From NCBI RefSeq assembly GCF_009914755.1, contig NC_060945.1: a DNA stretch of 64,000 bases, one strand, 5' to 3'. Position numbers and translations under genes: made by a program. This document shows, piece by piece, positions 59,664-64,000 of the stretch. Below the pieces are notes generated by a model, which made no database searches, had not been told where the DNA came from, and saw only the letters and a program-made list of their open reading frames with translations. Position 1 is the first letter of the stretch. The number at the start of each line of letters is the position of its first letter. This stretch comes from the human T2T-CHM13v2.0 reference genome, Homo sapiens.

Positions 59664-59815
59664 TAGGATCAAAACAGTTCTGAGTGGGCAATCAATGCAC
59701 TTGACTGTCTCTTTTGAAAGGAAATTTGCAGTTGAACAATTAAAGCTAAAACGTCAGGCTTCAGTATGGTCCGACTTAGGGAAGAAGTCACTATGGTTCA
59801 TTCACTATTGATCTA

Positions 59816-60250
<435 letters not shown>

Positions 60251-60559
60251 TTATTTGAAAAGGAGAGTTTAGCTGAGCCACCCGTGAAAAGCATCTGTCG
60301 CTGCCTCTCTGGCCCTCACACACAGTAAGGAAGTGGCTTATCTGGCAGGTTCTGTCCTCTCCTAATTTCTGCAAAGGACCTGACTCTCAGTAACCTCAGG
60401 GTTATCTGGTATCAGACAGCCCTGCATCTTCAATTTTTGTTGTCCCTAGCCCTCCAAATGCTGGAATAAGTGGAAATGGACAAATTGCTCTCACCGGTGT
60501 AGCAGCAGCTTATGTCTGTAGAGCCCTTTGCCAAGTATAAAACCCTTGCAAGTGAGACC

Positions 60560-62300
<1,741 letters not shown>

Positions 62301-62589
62301 ATTGTGTGCTGGCCACTGGAGGGGAAGCTTTTAGTTTGTTGGGTCGTAAGTTTGTTTGTTTACTAACTCCTCCTCCCAAACAGAAATTTACAGAAAAACA
62401 TCATTACTGAAGGCTGTATTTGAGCTGCTAGGAATCCTCATTTATTAAACTGCTAGTAAGAATGTATTTTAAAAACTGTAAAACATGATACAAAAGTTAT
62501 TATTCATGAAAGAGCCTTCATATCATCTTTTAAATTCTGAAGTGAAATGCAACTACAGGAAAGAAGAGGCAAGGTGTTTAAAGGGAGAT

Positions 62590-62930
<341 letters not shown>

Positions 62931-63420
62931 TGATAAAGGGAGAAGATGAGAAACTAGACATCAGTCAGTTTTGTCACAGACAAGCTCTGTGACCTTGGAG
63001 AAGTTACTTAGCCACACTGAGCTACAGTTTTCTCATCCGTTGAATGGAGGTAATGCCTATTTTGCAGACTGTTTTGAAAGTCAAAAGGGTTAATGTTTAT
63101 GAAGGCACTTTCTCAAGTGTAAAGTAGACACACACTGTCCATGAGAGAAGATAATCTTGTAAAAATGACGTCACAGAGACTTTTATTCCTCTTTGAAGAC
63201 TTTTATCTCATTTGTAAAATGAAGGCGCTAGACTAGATGTCATGGTTATAAAATATGTGTGTGTGCAGGTGTATATTAAAAGTGCATGTAGGTGTAGTTT
63301 TCTGATAAATTACTTGCTCCAGATGACTTATAAATCCTTTTTCTTACCAAGCCTGTGATAAATCTAACCCTGTTTGAGATTTGAAGACAAATCCCAAAAG
63401 AGATTAAGGCCTGCCTCTAA

Positions 63421-63696
<276 letters not shown>

Positions 63697-64000
63697 TAAA
63701 GAAAAGAATCTGAAAAGAATTCATGGAGCACTAAAGGTCTTTCTTCCAGTAAACACCTCACAGAGATGTTTTCTGTTGGTTCGTGTGTATGATCTGGTAG
63801 AGTCACTTTTATATTGTCATACCAAAAAACAATCAGATACTACTCGATGAGATCAGAAATCTTGAAATGGAAACGCTTTTGTTTCAGGGAGTCAGGATTA
63901 AATTCAGCACTGTGTGCCCTTTGTGTGGCCATTGCTGAAGCCAAATGCCAGAAGAGGTGGAGTTGCTTGAGACAGTGGTATACAGTGGCATTAAGGGGTG

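Overview
Human genomic DNA at the IFNAR2 locus (chr21q22.11 by recall). Species is supported by the exact IFNAR2 protein and a human-type AluYb8. Bases 1-40.4 kb are repeat-rich intergenic DNA (Alu, L1/HAL1, L2, MIR, MaLR/ERV LTRs, hAT and Tc1/mariner relics). A CpG-island promoter lies at about 40.4-41.7 kb, followed by the + strand 5' part of IFNAR2: non-coding exon 1 and coding exons 2-7 (codons 1-236, signal peptide plus two FNIII ectodomain modules). The transmembrane and cytoplasmic exons lie beyond the window. The haplotype encodes Val10 rather than the Phe10 of the commonly used reference protein. No other protein-coding gene is supported; the long ORFs in the track are low-complexity, Alu, L1 or GC-shadow artefacts. 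Best leads: (1) a 2x2 splice matrix in the 5' leader that switches between uORFs and a 24-aa in-frame N-terminal extension; (2) an LTR-derived 62-bp VNTR in intron 1 whose unit carries acceptor-like, ATG and donor-like motifs; (3) a perfect GAS site overlapping a kB-like site just inside intron 1; (4) a near-perfect 28-bp hairpin with bidirectional AATAAA at 11.9 kb; (5) tightly spaced inverted Alus in intron 2; (6) several templated-insertion repair scars. Repeat family names and rsIDs come from memory, not from searches. I see no evidence for a wholly new multi-gene system.
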